A DNA stretch of 64,000 bases. Origin: an uncultured delta proteobacterium (lineage in GTDB: Bacteria; Myxococcota_A; Polyangia; Fen-1088). The position numbers and the translations under genes are program-made. The DNA lies in NCBI GenBank assembly GCA_963755125.1, contig CAVWIP010000008.1:160001-224000 (forward strand). The letters are read 5' to 3'. Of the stretch, positions 40,350 through 48,995 are shown piece after piece (within the stretch, counting starts at the first letter, position 1; every line of letters begins with the position of its first letter). The notes beneath the pieces were generated by a model, which was not told where the DNA came from, did no database searches, and saw only the letters and a program-made list of their open reading frames with translations.

Positions 40350-41008
40350 CAGTTCTGCACGTCGTCGTTTGCATCTTCTTGATGCTGGTGGTTCTCCTCC
40401 AGGCCGGACGCGGCGGGGGCATGGGCATCGCTTTCGGCGGCAGTGGTGGCAGCCAGTCGGTATTTGGATCATCCGGGGGCGCGAACTTCTTGACCAGGAT
40501 GACGGCGGTATGCGCCTTCATCTTCTTCGCCAATTCGCTGACCCTGGCCTACATGTCCAGCCAGTCCGATTCGCGGCGTTTGCAGAAGATCGCTGCAAAA
40601 AAGGCGGCCGACAAGAAGGCGGAAGATGCGACCAAGGCCAAGCTGGCCAGCGCTCTGGAAAAAGCCCGCGAGGAGGCAGAGAAGGCCAAGTCGGTGATAC
40701 CCGACGGTGCCGCAGGCGCTGTGTCTCCCACCGCGACCGAGACCAAGGCGACTGACGAGAAGCCGGTCGTGCCCGGAAGGGCAGCCGTTGACAAGGCATT
40801 GCTCGAAAAGCCAGCATTCAAGCTCAAGATGCCGGGCGGTGAGACCACCGCGCCCGCCGACAAACCAGCGCCGGTCAAGAAGGCCGTGCGCGTTCCAAAG
40901 CCAGCCCCGAGCGATGAGTCTGAGCCCGCCCCGAAGCCAGTCCCGGCCGAAAAGGCGGCAGCCCCCGAGAAAAAGCCACCGGTAGCGCCGGCCCCGGCAC
41001 AGCCGTAA
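40334..41008 (+). CDS. secG: Preprotein translocase SecG with long Ala/Lys/Pro-rich tail
   Basis: VLLQ.GRGGG..AFGG...VFG..G..NFLTRMT; follows tpiA. Confidence 0.92.
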   Translation: MYTFLTVLHVVVCIFLMLVVLLQAGRGGGMGIAFGGSGGSQSVFGSSGGANFLTRMTAVCAFIFFANSLTLAYMSSQSDSRRLQKIAAKKAADKKAEDATKAKLASALEKAREEAEKAKSVIPDGAAGAVSPTATETKATDEKPVVPGRAAVDKALLEKPAFKLKMPGGETTAPADKPAPVKKAVRVPKPAPSDESEPAPKPVPAEKAAAPEKKPPVAPAPAQP

Positions 41009-41017
41009 ACTGTGCGA

Positions 41018-41995
41018 ATGTCATCGATTCCCTTCGTCAAGGCCGAAGGGTTGGGGAACGATTTCCTCGTGGTTGACTTGCGCCCGGGCCAGCCCGCAGC
41101 AGGAACCCCAGCCGCTGCCGACCCGGCGGTGGTACGCGCGCTATGCGACCGCCACTTCGGCGTGGGTGCCGACGGCGTGCTGGCCATCCTGTCGCCTGTG
41201 CAGGGCGATGCCCGAATGCGGGTCATCAACGCCGACGGCAGCGAGGCCGAGATGTGTGGCAATGGCATCCGCTGCGTCGCCAAGTTTCTCTACGAGAGGG
41301 ATCCCTCGCTGCGCCGTCGGGTGCTTCGCATCGACACGGGCGCGGGCTTGCTGGAATGCCGGATCGACGCGCGCAACGGTCGGGCCGAGACGGTGGCGGT
41401 CGAGATGGGCCGCCCTCAGTTGGACCCGCCCCAGATCCCGGTCGCGGCGCCGGCCAGCAAGCGTCTGGTGAGAAGCCCGTTGCGCGCCGGTGATCGTCAA
41501 TTCGCCTTTACCGCCGTGTCCATGGGCAACCCACACGCAGTGATCTTCATCGACGATCCGGCGGCCGATTTGCGCGCTCTGGCCGAGGCCTACGGACGCG
41601 GCATCGAGCACGATTCCTTGTTCCCGCGCCGGACCAACGTCGAATTCGCGCGCGTGCGGCAAGGGTTCGCAGGGACAGAGAACGTGGAGTTCGCGCGCGT
41701 GCGCCAGGGGCTTTCCGGCACCGAGATCGATCTGGTCGTTTGGGAGAGGGGCTGCGGCATCACCCTCGCGTGCGGCACCGGGGCTTGCGCCACGGTGGTG
41801 GCCGCTTGCTTGGAAGGCCGGGCCGCACCTGACCAGGAGATCCCGGTACACCTTCCCGGCGGGACGCTCTTCATCCGGGTGGTCAGCCAACCCGCACGCG
41901 ACGGTTCCGCTGACTACTCCGGCGTTTCCATGCGCGGCCCCGCCCGTATCGTGTTCGAGGCCGAGATCGATCCCGACCAGATCATCAAGTCATAG
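41018..41995 (+). CDS. dapF: Diaminopimelate epimerase
   Basis: GLGNDF, NADGSEAEMCGNGIRC, MGNPH, NVEF, ERGCG.TLACGTGA. Confidence 0.95.
   Translation: MSSIPFVKAEGLGNDFLVVDLRPGQPAAGTPAAADPAVVRALCDRHFGVGADGVLAILSPVQGDARMRVINADGSEAEMCGNGIRCVAKFLYERDPSLRRRVLRIDTGAGLLECRIDARNGRAETVAVEMGRPQLDPPQIPVAAPASKRLVRSPLRAGDRQFAFTAVSMGNPHAVIFIDDPAADLRALAEAYGRGIEHDSLFPRRTNVEFARVRQGFAGTENVEFARVRQGLSGTEIDLVVWERGCGITLACGTGACATVVAACLEGRAAPDQEIPVHLPGGTLFIRVVSQPARDGSADYSGVSMRGPARIVFEAEIDPDQIIKS
41636..41725 (+). repeat. 45-bp in-frame tandem duplication within dapF
   Basis: NVEFARVRQGFAGTE followed by NVEFARVRQGLSGTE. Confidence 0.9.
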
Positions 41996-42041
41996 AGACG
42001 CAGGAGGCGACGTGCGCAAGGTTCTCTGCACATGAGTGGCG

Positions 42042-44210
42042 CTACCGGGCGCGCAGAATCCCGACGAGAAACGCAGCACCTGACAGCACGAAGAGCAGAG
42101 AGATGGCGGCGTAGCTGGCCGGACCGGGCACGTCGGACGCCAGCCACACAATGAGCTGCGGTAGCAACACCAGGACGATGAGGGCCGCGGCCGCACTCAT
42201 GGGTCGGACCAGTCTAGGTGCCAGGCAGGCGAGGATGGCAAGGTAGTAGCTGGACAGATTGAAGACCACGGGCGGCAACAGGACAGAAAGGGTTCCCCGA
42301 TCCGCGTCGGTACGCTGGCGCAGCAAAGCCGCAAGCCAAAGCGAGACGAAGCCCACCCGCAAAAGCCACGTGACGGCGCCGGGCCATCCAAACACGGCGG
42401 CGGGCTGACCCATACCGATGCGGTTGGTCGATGTGCTGGCCGCGTGCTTGATGCTGTTGTGAAAAAAATCCGCCCACAGCCCAATACCGTTCCCGGCACA
42501 CGACACGGCAAAGAGCAGCGCCAAGGTGAGTAGCGCGGAGATGAGCAAGCGCACCCGATCTCTGTCGATGATATGGGAACCCTGAGAGGGTTCCCATGCC
42601 CTCCGGTGGTACGCCGCCGGCGGAGCCGGCAGGCTACCCACGCGACTAGGACGTCGGCGAAGCGAGTCTGCCGCCAAGGCCAGGCCGGGCCCGGCGAGAA
42701 GAAGTGCGGGGAAGACCTGCAACCCGGCGCTGAGTCCTAGGAAGGCTCCCGCTGCGCGAACCCGACCTCGGTACAGGCACCCGAGCCCAGCAACGGCCGC
42801 CAGGAGCCACAGGGAGCGGCCCAGGCCACCGCCGGTCCATAGCGCGATCCAGGGAAAGCCGAGGCCGATGATCAAGGCGCCCAGCACTCCTGCCCGCGCG
42901 CCGAAACCCCATAGCAGGCACAGCAGCAGAAGTCCGTAGCCCACGTCGTCGAGGTGACTCAGAGTCGCCAGCCACGCGAGCGAGGCCGGGCGATCGCGTA
43001 ACAAGACTGTGCGCAGAAGCCACGTCCACGCCGGCGTGGCGTTGTAGCCATGGTCGGTGAGAAGGGCGGCCCAAGCCCCGGGATGGAGCTGCGACTGAAA
43101 GAAGACCACGTCGCGACGAAAATCCGACCAGCGAGAGGGAACGAAGCGAGCCGTGCACAGCGGCCCATCCTTCAACACAGCCGACAGCGGCCACACATCG
43201 TTGCTGCGCAGATCGCGGACCGTCGCACGTGCATCCGTGGGCCAACGTTGTTCCTGCGCCGCAGCCGTGGCCAGACAATCGTAGAGCCGGGTGTAACCCA
43301 GTTCAGGCGCGTACTTGGCACCGAGAAAGTAGTGGGCAGCGTCGTGGTAGTGAACCGACCAGTAGCCGGCAAAGCTGCCGAAGTTGGTGTAGGCGAGAGG
43401 TGCCGCGAGAGCCAGAAGGACAAGGCCCGCGCCCTGCAAGAACGAATACCGCCCCACCCTGCGCCACACCCATCGACCCACCGCCAGCCCCAACAACGCC
43501 AGCGTGGCCGTGCCCACGAAACCGAAGGTGAAATGCACGGCCAGCAAACCCGCCACAGACCCCAGAACGCATCCCAAGGATTGCACTCGGGTCGAGCGTT
43601 CAGGCCCGAGCAAAAGCAAACAGCCGACGGCGAGCAGCCCGAGCAACAGCTTCCGCCACGCCTGCCAGCGCACGAGCTGAGCGGCCTCGGGAGCTACGAC
43701 TGCCGAGCGAACCTCGACATCCAAGACCGGCGGTCGGCGGCAAAAGAGCTGTAACTCGGACAACGCCATCGCGCCCTGCCCGGGCGCCGGCCGCACGCGC
43801 AGATAGCGCCCATGCCCGTCGAGTCCGGCGACCATGCGCGTACGTAGCCCTGCTTCGGAAGAGCCCACGGGCACGGCCTGCCACAGCGGCACCCAGTGCA
43901 CCTGATCGGCCGACAGGTCGACCAGAACAGTCGCTTCGGCACTGGCCTGCAGCAACCCCGCGCGCACGGTCGCGTCGATTTGGAGATCGAATACGAGAGC
44001 GGCATCCTTGGGCCCCAAGATCGTGGAGAGACTCGCGTTCGCTGGATCGCCCTCGCGGGCCAGCACCCCGTCCGTCGCCATCTGGGGGCGATACACCGCA
44101 GTCCAAGCCGCCGGTGCCAGACCAGCCAGAAGATTCACCTCGCCACAGGGATCCGCCCGCGCCGGAGTGGCCGCGACCAGCAGGAGGGCAAGAGAAAGCG
44201 CACCAGCCAT
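42042..44210 (-). CDS. Polytopic membrane protein with N-terminal discoidin-like domain and possible GT-C-type membrane domain
   Basis: Signal peptide ending ARA-D, GRYLRV..LSELQ discoidin-like signature, HYFLGAKY.PELGY..LY, DHGYN.TP, many TM helices; start uncertain (up to 44291). Confidence 0.65.
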   Translation of the reverse strand: MAGALSLALLLVAATPARADPCGEVNLLAGLAPAAWTAVYRPQMATDGVLAREGDPANASLSTILGPKDAALVFDLQIDATVRAGLLQASAEATVLVDLSADQVHWVPLWQAVPVGSSEAGLRTRMVAGLDGHGRYLRVRPAPGQGAMALSELQLFCRRPPVLDVEVRSAVVAPEAAQLVRWQAWRKLLLGLLAVGCLLLLGPERSTRVQSLGCVLGSVAGLLAVHFTFGFVGTATLALLGLAVGRWVWRRVGRYSFLQGAGLVLLALAAPLAYTNFGSFAGYWSVHYHDAAHYFLGAKYAPELGYTRLYDCLATAAAQEQRWPTDARATVRDLRSNDVWPLSAVLKDGPLCTARFVPSRWSDFRRDVVFFQSQLHPGAWAALLTDHGYNATPAWTWLLRTVLLRDRPASLAWLATLSHLDDVGYGLLLLCLLWGFGARAGVLGALIIGLGFPWIALWTGGGLGRSLWLLAAVAGLGCLYRGRVRAAGAFLGLSAGLQVFPALLLAGPGLALAADSLRRRPSRVGSLPAPPAAYHRRAWEPSQGSHIIDRDRVRLLISALLTLALLFAVSCAGNGIGLWADFFHNSIKHAASTSTNRIGMGQPAAVFGWPGAVTWLLRVGFVSLWLAALLRQRTDADRGTLSVLLPPVVFNLSSYYLAILACLAPRLVRPMSAAAALIVLVLLPQLIVWLASDVPGPASYAAISLLFVLSGAAFLVGILRAR
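42569..42649 (-). repeat. Two-hairpin dispersed repeat, copy C, in frame inside a CDS
   Basis: Minus strand CTAGTCGCGTGGGTAGCC-TGCCGGCTCCGCCGGC-GGCGTACC...ATGGGAACCCT-CTC-AGGGTTCCCAT-ATCA. Confidence 0.75.
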
Positions 44211-44324
44211 GCCCGACGATGCTACTCCACCCGGAGCGCGACGCTGAGCGGGAACGCCGGACCGCCGCCGGTCACGGAATGGCGGCGCCAAGCGCGACCT
44301 GTTTTCTCGGCAGCGATGTCATCC

Positions 44325-45413
44325 TCAGAACAGACTGCCCTGCCCGCTCGGTCCGTTCCGGCCAGTCGAGGGGAGCGGGATCTTCATGTGCTCGTAGGCT
44401 TGGCGCGTGGCCTGACGGCCGCGTGGCGTGCGCACCAGAAAGCCCTGCTGGATGAGATAGGGTTCGTGCACGTATTCCAGGGTGTCGCGATCCTCGGCCA
44501 GCGCGGCAGCCAGCGATTCGATGCCGGCCGGGCCGCCGTCGAAGCGCTCCATGATGGCGCGCAGAAGCCGACGATCGCCCTCATCCAGTCCCAGTTCGTC
44601 CACGCCCAAGCGGCGCAGGCCAAAATCGGCCGCCTCACGCGTGACCCGGCCGTCGCCGCGCACCTCAGCGAAGTCGCGCACGCGGTTGAGCAGCTTGTTG
44701 GCGATGCGAGGCGTGCCGCGCGCGCGACGACCGATTTCCAGCGCCCCGCCCTCGTCGAGGCGGATGCCCAGGATGCTGGCCGAGCGCTTGACGATGGTGG
44801 TGAGCTCGGCCGGCGCGTAGAAATCGAGTCGTTCGACGATGCCAAAACGCGAAAGCAGCGGCGAGGTGAGCTGGCCGGTGCGGGTGGTGGCGCCCACCAG
44901 AGTGAAGCGCTCGATGGGGACGGTGATGGCAGCAGCGCCTGCGCCCACGCCGGTCACGATCTCGATCTTGAAGTCCTCCATGGCAGGGTAGAGGCTCTCC
45001 TCTATGATGGGCTGCAACCGATGGATCTCGTCGACGAACAGCACATCGCCGCGGCCGAGTGAGGTGAGGATGCCCGCCAGATCGCCCTTGCGCTCCAGGG
45101 CCGGCCCCGAGGTCACGCGCGCCTGCGTGCCCATCTCGTGCGCCAGCAAGTGTGCCAACGTGGTCTTGCCCAGACCGGGCGGGCCAGACAGCAACACGTG
45201 GTCGAGCGTTCCACCGCGCTTCTTCGCCGCGGCCACGTAGACCTCGAGGTTCTCGGCCACCTTGCGCTGCCCGACGAACTCAGAAAATGAAGTCGGCCTC
45301 AGCGCCACATCCAGCGCCTTCTCCTTGGGCGAATCCGCCTCGGGCGACACCACGCGCGCCGGGGACTCGGGCTCGCCCAGAGCAGGTCCGTCGTCATGTC
45401 GCTTGCGCGCCAT
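44325..45413 (-). CDS. ruvB: Holliday junction helicase RuvB
   Basis: [36 protein letters not shown]. Confidence 0.97.
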   Translation of the reverse strand: MARKRHDDGPALGEPESPARVVSPEADSPKEKALDVALRPTSFSEFVGQRKVAENLEVYVAAAKKRGGTLDHVLLSGPPGLGKTTLAHLLAHEMGTQARVTSGPALERKGDLAGILTSLGRGDVLFVDEIHRLQPIIEESLYPAMEDFKIEIVTGVGAGAAAITVPIERFTLVGATTRTGQLTSPLLSRFGIVERLDFYAPAELTTIVKRSASILGIRLDEGGALEIGRRARGTPRIANKLLNRVRDFAEVRGDGRVTREAADFGLRRLGVDELGLDEGDRRLLRAIMERFDGGPAGIESLAAALAEDRDTLEYVHEPYLIQQGFLVRTPRGRQATRQAYEHMKIPLPSTGRNGPSGQGSLF

Positions 45414-46021
45414 CACTTCCTCCTCATGGCCGCCAGTGCTTCCTTGATGAGATCAGGCGTCGGCTTGCTCTCGTCGAGCGCCGACAGGATAGCCTCGAAC
45501 TCGTTCGCCCGGTAGCCCAGCGCTTGCAGGGCGCCGAAGACCTCGCCCCGCCGGCCCGAAGGCACGAGTCCCGGCAGCGGAAAAACCGTGGAGAGGTCGC
45601 GGCCTGTGGTTCCCAGTATCCCGACCTTTTCGCGCAGTTCCACCGCCATGCGCTCGGCGGTCTTGCGGCCCACGCCGCGAATCCGGGTCAAAGTGGCCAG
45701 GTCAGCCGCGCGGATGGCGCCGACCAGGTCACCCATGGGCAGCCCCGAAAGGATGGCAACCGCGACCTTGGGACCCACGCCCTGCACGGTGAGCAGGGTC
45801 TCGAACATGCGGCGCTCCTCGGGCTCGGCGAAACCGTAGAGTTGCAAGGGACTATCTTGTACGGCGTGCGTGTGGATGAACAAGCGCGCCTCGGCACCGG
45901 GGCCGGGCAACGCGCGCTGGGCAGCCGCGGTGACCGTCACTGCGTAGCCCACACCGCCTGCCTCGATCACGACGGTGTCGGAGTTCTTCTCCAGCAAGGT
46001 ACCGCGCAGCGAAGCGATCAT
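45413..46021 (-). CDS. ruvA: Holliday junction DNA-binding protein RuvA
   Basis: [37 protein letters not shown]. Confidence 0.96.
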   Translation of the reverse strand: MIASLRGTLLEKNSDTVVIEAGGVGYAVTVTAAAQRALPGPGAEARLFIHTHAVQDSPLQLYGFAEPEERRMFETLLTVQGVGPKVAVAILSGLPMGDLVGAIRAADLATLTRIRGVGRKTAERMAVELREKVGILGTTGRDLSTVFPLPGLVPSGRRGEVFGALQALGYRANEFEAILSALDESKPTPDLIKEALAAMRRK

Positions 46022-46024
46022 TGG

Positions 46025-46177
46025 ACGGCCGAGAACACAGAGGGGAGAGGAGAGAACACAGAGGGCGTCATCTCCATGAGCCTACCCCTGCCGGGGCGTC
46101 CCTGGCTAGTTTCGGAAGCAACAGTCTTGTCCGGGAGCCTCTGCGGCCTCCTCTCTCACCTCCGTGTCCTCAACCGT
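46025..46177. repeat. Inverted-repeat element with GAGAACACAGAG arms (MITE/REP-like)
   Basis: Left arm GAGAACACAGAGG twice; right arm CCTCTGCGG..CTCCGTGTCCTC complementary; related element at 58516. Confidence 0.65.
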
Positions 46178-46254
46178 GCGTCGTATGTGAGACAAACTCG
46201 CTCTCCACTCGCAGCCGCAGGGCTGCGTCCTGGCTCGTGTAGAGTAGCGGCGGC

Positions 46255-47286
46255 ATGCTTCGTGATGGTCGGCTCTTCGGGCGCAAGGCGTCCTCGTTCA
46301 CCCTGCAGTGGCATTTGACCAATGCCTGTGAACTCTGTTGCCTGCACTGTTATGATCGAGCCTCGCGCCAAACCCTGGGCCTGGCCGAGGCAGAGCGAAT
46401 CGTCGACGACTTCCTTGGCTTCTGCCGCGCGCGCCGGGTGAACGGCCAATTCTGTCTCACCGGCGGCAACCCGTTCCTCTATCCGCACTTTCTATCTGTC
46501 TATCGTGCCGCTGCGGCTAGCGGCTGCCCGATTTCCATCCTGGGCAACCCAGTGTCCTATGAGCAACTCGCGGAAATCGTCGCAATTCGCCGACCGATCT
46601 ACTACCAGGTCAGCCTGGAAGGCCTACGCGAGTACAACGACCACATCCGCGGCCGAGGACATTTTCAGCGCGTACTCGACTTTCTGCCCGTGCTGCGCCG
46701 GCTGAAGGTGAAGAGCCTGGTCATGGTCACCGTACATCGCGAGAACTTGGATCAGCTCATCCCACTGGCCGTTGGGCTGCGGGGACTGGTCAACCAATTC
46801 ACCTTCAACCGTCTCTCGCAGGTTGGCGAGGGCTCGAATCTGGCCTTGCCGGCGCGGGACGAATACGCCGCTCTTCTCAAGCGCTACACGCTCGTCGCGC
46901 GCGACAACCCGCACCTCAAGTTCAAGGACGGCTTGTTCAATATCCTGCGCCACCATTTCCACCGACCGCCTCTGCGCGGGTGCACGGGCTTCGGCTGCGG
47001 GGCGGCCTTCAACTTCGTCGCGCTGCTGCCCGACGGCGAGGTCCACGCCTGCCGCAAGTTTTCCTCGCCCATCGGCAACCTTCTGCAGTCGAGCCTGGCC
47101 GAAATCTACGACTCGGCCGCAGCCCGGCGCTATCGCCAGGGCAGCCGCGGCTGCCGTTTCTGCCGACTTCGCAACGTGTGTGGCGGCTGCCTGGCGGTGT
47201 CGCACGGGGCCGGCCTGCCCGCCTTGCAGGCGCGCGATCCCCATTGCTTCATGCGCGAACGCAGGCGGCTGCTGGCTGGGTTCTGA
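46255..47286 (+). CDS. Radical SAM/SPASM maturase, SbtM (thio/selenooxazole-forming)-like, short form
   Basis: FTLQWHLT.ACELCCLHCYDR, YYQVSLEG, GCTGFGCGAAFNF.ALLPDGEVHACRKF, CxxCx5CxxC..DPHC SPASM. Confidence 0.8.
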   Translation: MLRDGRLFGRKASSFTLQWHLTNACELCCLHCYDRASRQTLGLAEAERIVDDFLGFCRARRVNGQFCLTGGNPFLYPHFLSVYRAAAASGCPISILGNPVSYEQLAEIVAIRRPIYYQVSLEGLREYNDHIRGRGHFQRVLDFLPVLRRLKVKSLVMVTVHRENLDQLIPLAVGLRGLVNQFTFNRLSQVGEGSNLALPARDEYAALLKRYTLVARDNPHLKFKDGLFNILRHHFHRPPLRGCTGFGCGAAFNFVALLPDGEVHACRKFSSPIGNLLQSSLAEIYDSAAARRYRQGSRGCRFCRLRNVCGGCLAVSHGAGLPALQARDPHCFMRERRRLLAGF

Positions 47287-47288
47287 CA

Positions 47289-48209
47289 TTAGCCGCCGCA
47301 GCCGCCGCAACCGCCACCGCAAGACGAACCGCCGCCACCACAGGACGAGCCGCCGCTGCAGGACGCGGCGCCGCAGGATGAACCGCCGCACGATGAGCCC
47401 GCCACGCCCTGGTTCTTCATGGTGGCCGGGAACAAGACCTGTGCCTGGACCAAGGCCGCGCCTTGCAGGGCCGTTATGCCGAAGATTGCGGCCAGCATCG
47501 CCAGGTCGCGAGACCCGCTACCGAGTTCCACGTCGGCGGCTCGCGCCTTGAGTGGGGCGAAGTTGCCGCGCAACTCGGCCAGCGCGGCGTCGCCCTTGCG
47601 AGTGCGCAACAGCGTCTTTCTCTTCATCAGGGCGATGCTGGCGATGATCGTCATCGTGATGAGATACGCGACGTTGTAGTGACCGCGCTCAAAGGCAATC
47701 AGGATCTTGGCGGCGGCCACCCCCACCAGAGTGGCCAACGAACCTACGCGCAAGAGGAACAGAGAGAAGCGCCTGTCGTCATCCGGAATGAATTCCAACT
47801 TGGCTAGCTCGCTCTTGAGGCCATCGCATGCCTTCTCAAAGGTGACATCGCGGTAGATGAGAGCGCCTCCTGCCGGCGATTCAAAGACACGCAGGACCGC
47901 CCGTTCCAGCGGCCGGTGGACCTGGTCTGCGGCGCCGGGCGCGGCGGTCAAAAGTCCGCCCTCGGTTTTCAGCAGGCCGCGGTCAAGCAACGAGATGATG
48001 GCCACACGCGCGGTTTCGTTCTTCTGGCCCCGCAGATATGCGATCAGGTACGGATCGGCGCCGCGCAGGTCGAAGGGGAAACCGCCGCTGCGCCCGGACG
48101 AACGCTCGCCCAGAAGGCGCGCCAGGGGTTGGTAGAGGAGGTGCAGACCGACTGCCAGGGTGGCGTAGAAGACCAGAAACTGCGGGCCAGGCAGATCGAA
48201 CGGATTCAT
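47289..48209 (-). CDS. TIGR04222-like membrane protein with Ser/Cys/Gly-rich C-terminal tail
   Basis: PFDLPGPQFLVFY, DPYLIAYLRG, TM hairpin, RT.KG, tail GSSCGGSSCG...GCGGCGG. Confidence 0.82.
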   Translation of the reverse strand: MNPFDLPGPQFLVFYATLAVGLHLLYQPLARLLGERSSGRSGGFPFDLRGADPYLIAYLRGQKNETARVAIISLLDRGLLKTEGGLLTAAPGAADQVHRPLERAVLRVFESPAGGALIYRDVTFEKACDGLKSELAKLEFIPDDDRRFSLFLLRVGSLATLVGVAAAKILIAFERGHYNVAYLITMTIIASIALMKRKTLLRTRKGDAALAELRGNFAPLKARAADVELGSGSRDLAMLAAIFGITALQGAALVQAQVLFPATMKNQGVAGSSCGGSSCGAASCSGGSSCGGGGSSCGGGCGGCGG

Positions 48210-48218
48210 GGTGCGACC

Positions 48219-48965
48219 TCAGACGAGTTCCTGCGCCTGCTTGCACAGGGCCGCGGTCAGATCGATGAGCCGCAGCAGCAGCATCGGCGGCGAGCCCTTG
48301 GGCAACGTCTGACCCTCGCGCACCCGCGACAGGGCAGCCAGCACCTCCTGCCAGCCGCCGCCGGGGATGCCCGCCGCCAAGGTCTCCAGCGCGGCCTTGG
48401 GCGTCGCTGCGGGCTTGCCCGATAATTCCAGCAAAGCTGCGGCGCTGGCGCGCAGGGGACCGGACACCTGCGCCAGCACACGCGCAGCCTGCTCCTCGCG
48501 CAGGCTGACCGAAAGGTAGCGCTCGCGCATACGCATGAGCAGGTTGAGCAGCACCTGGCGAAGTCTGGTGATCTCGGATGAGCGGGAAATCGAGAGTCCG
48601 GCAAATGGATCGTTGCCAGAAAGAATGCGCCGTCGGTGCATGATGTCGGCGAACTTCACCGCGAAGGCTTCGGCAACAGCGGGCAACTCGCCTTCGACGA
48701 CGAACATCGCCGACAGGGCGATGGCGGCGTGGGCGTTGCGCAGGGGTTCGCGAATGGCATCCAGACGGGCGGGATTCCAGGTGGCCGCGACCACCAGCAG
48801 ATTCACGTCGGAAGTGGCGCGCAGCCGGCCCTCGGCGGCACTGCCGTAAAGGACGATGGAGCGCAGATCAGGGCCGAGCGACTCCTTCGCCGCTGACACG
48901 AACTGCTGCAGATTCTTGGCCACGATCTCGGGCAATTGGGACTGCGCTGATTCGTCCTGCACCAT
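48219..48965 (-). CDS. Nucleotidyltransferase-domain protein
   Basis: SIVLYGSAA..SDVNLLVV Pol-beta-like motif plus helical C-terminal domain. Confidence 0.8.
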   Translation of the reverse strand: MVQDESAQSQLPEIVAKNLQQFVSAAKESLGPDLRSIVLYGSAAEGRLRATSDVNLLVVAATWNPARLDAIREPLRNAHAAIALSAMFVVEGELPAVAEAFAVKFADIMHRRRILSGNDPFAGLSISRSSEITRLRQVLLNLLMRMRERYLSVSLREEQAARVLAQVSGPLRASAAALLELSGKPAATPKAALETLAAGIPGGGWQEVLAALSRVREGQTLPKGSPPMLLLRLIDLTAALCKQAQELV

Positions 48966-48995
48966 GGGAGATCCCTTTCCGATCGGCACTCTCTC

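Noticed and set aside
41008..41018. tRNA-Leu often found after secG
   Set aside because: dapF starts within about 10 bp; no tRNA fold
46022..46254. Hidden selenocysteine-containing SbtA precursor upstream of the rSAM gene
   Set aside because: No leader-like ORF or SCG/SUG repeats found; the region is mostly an inverted-repeat element
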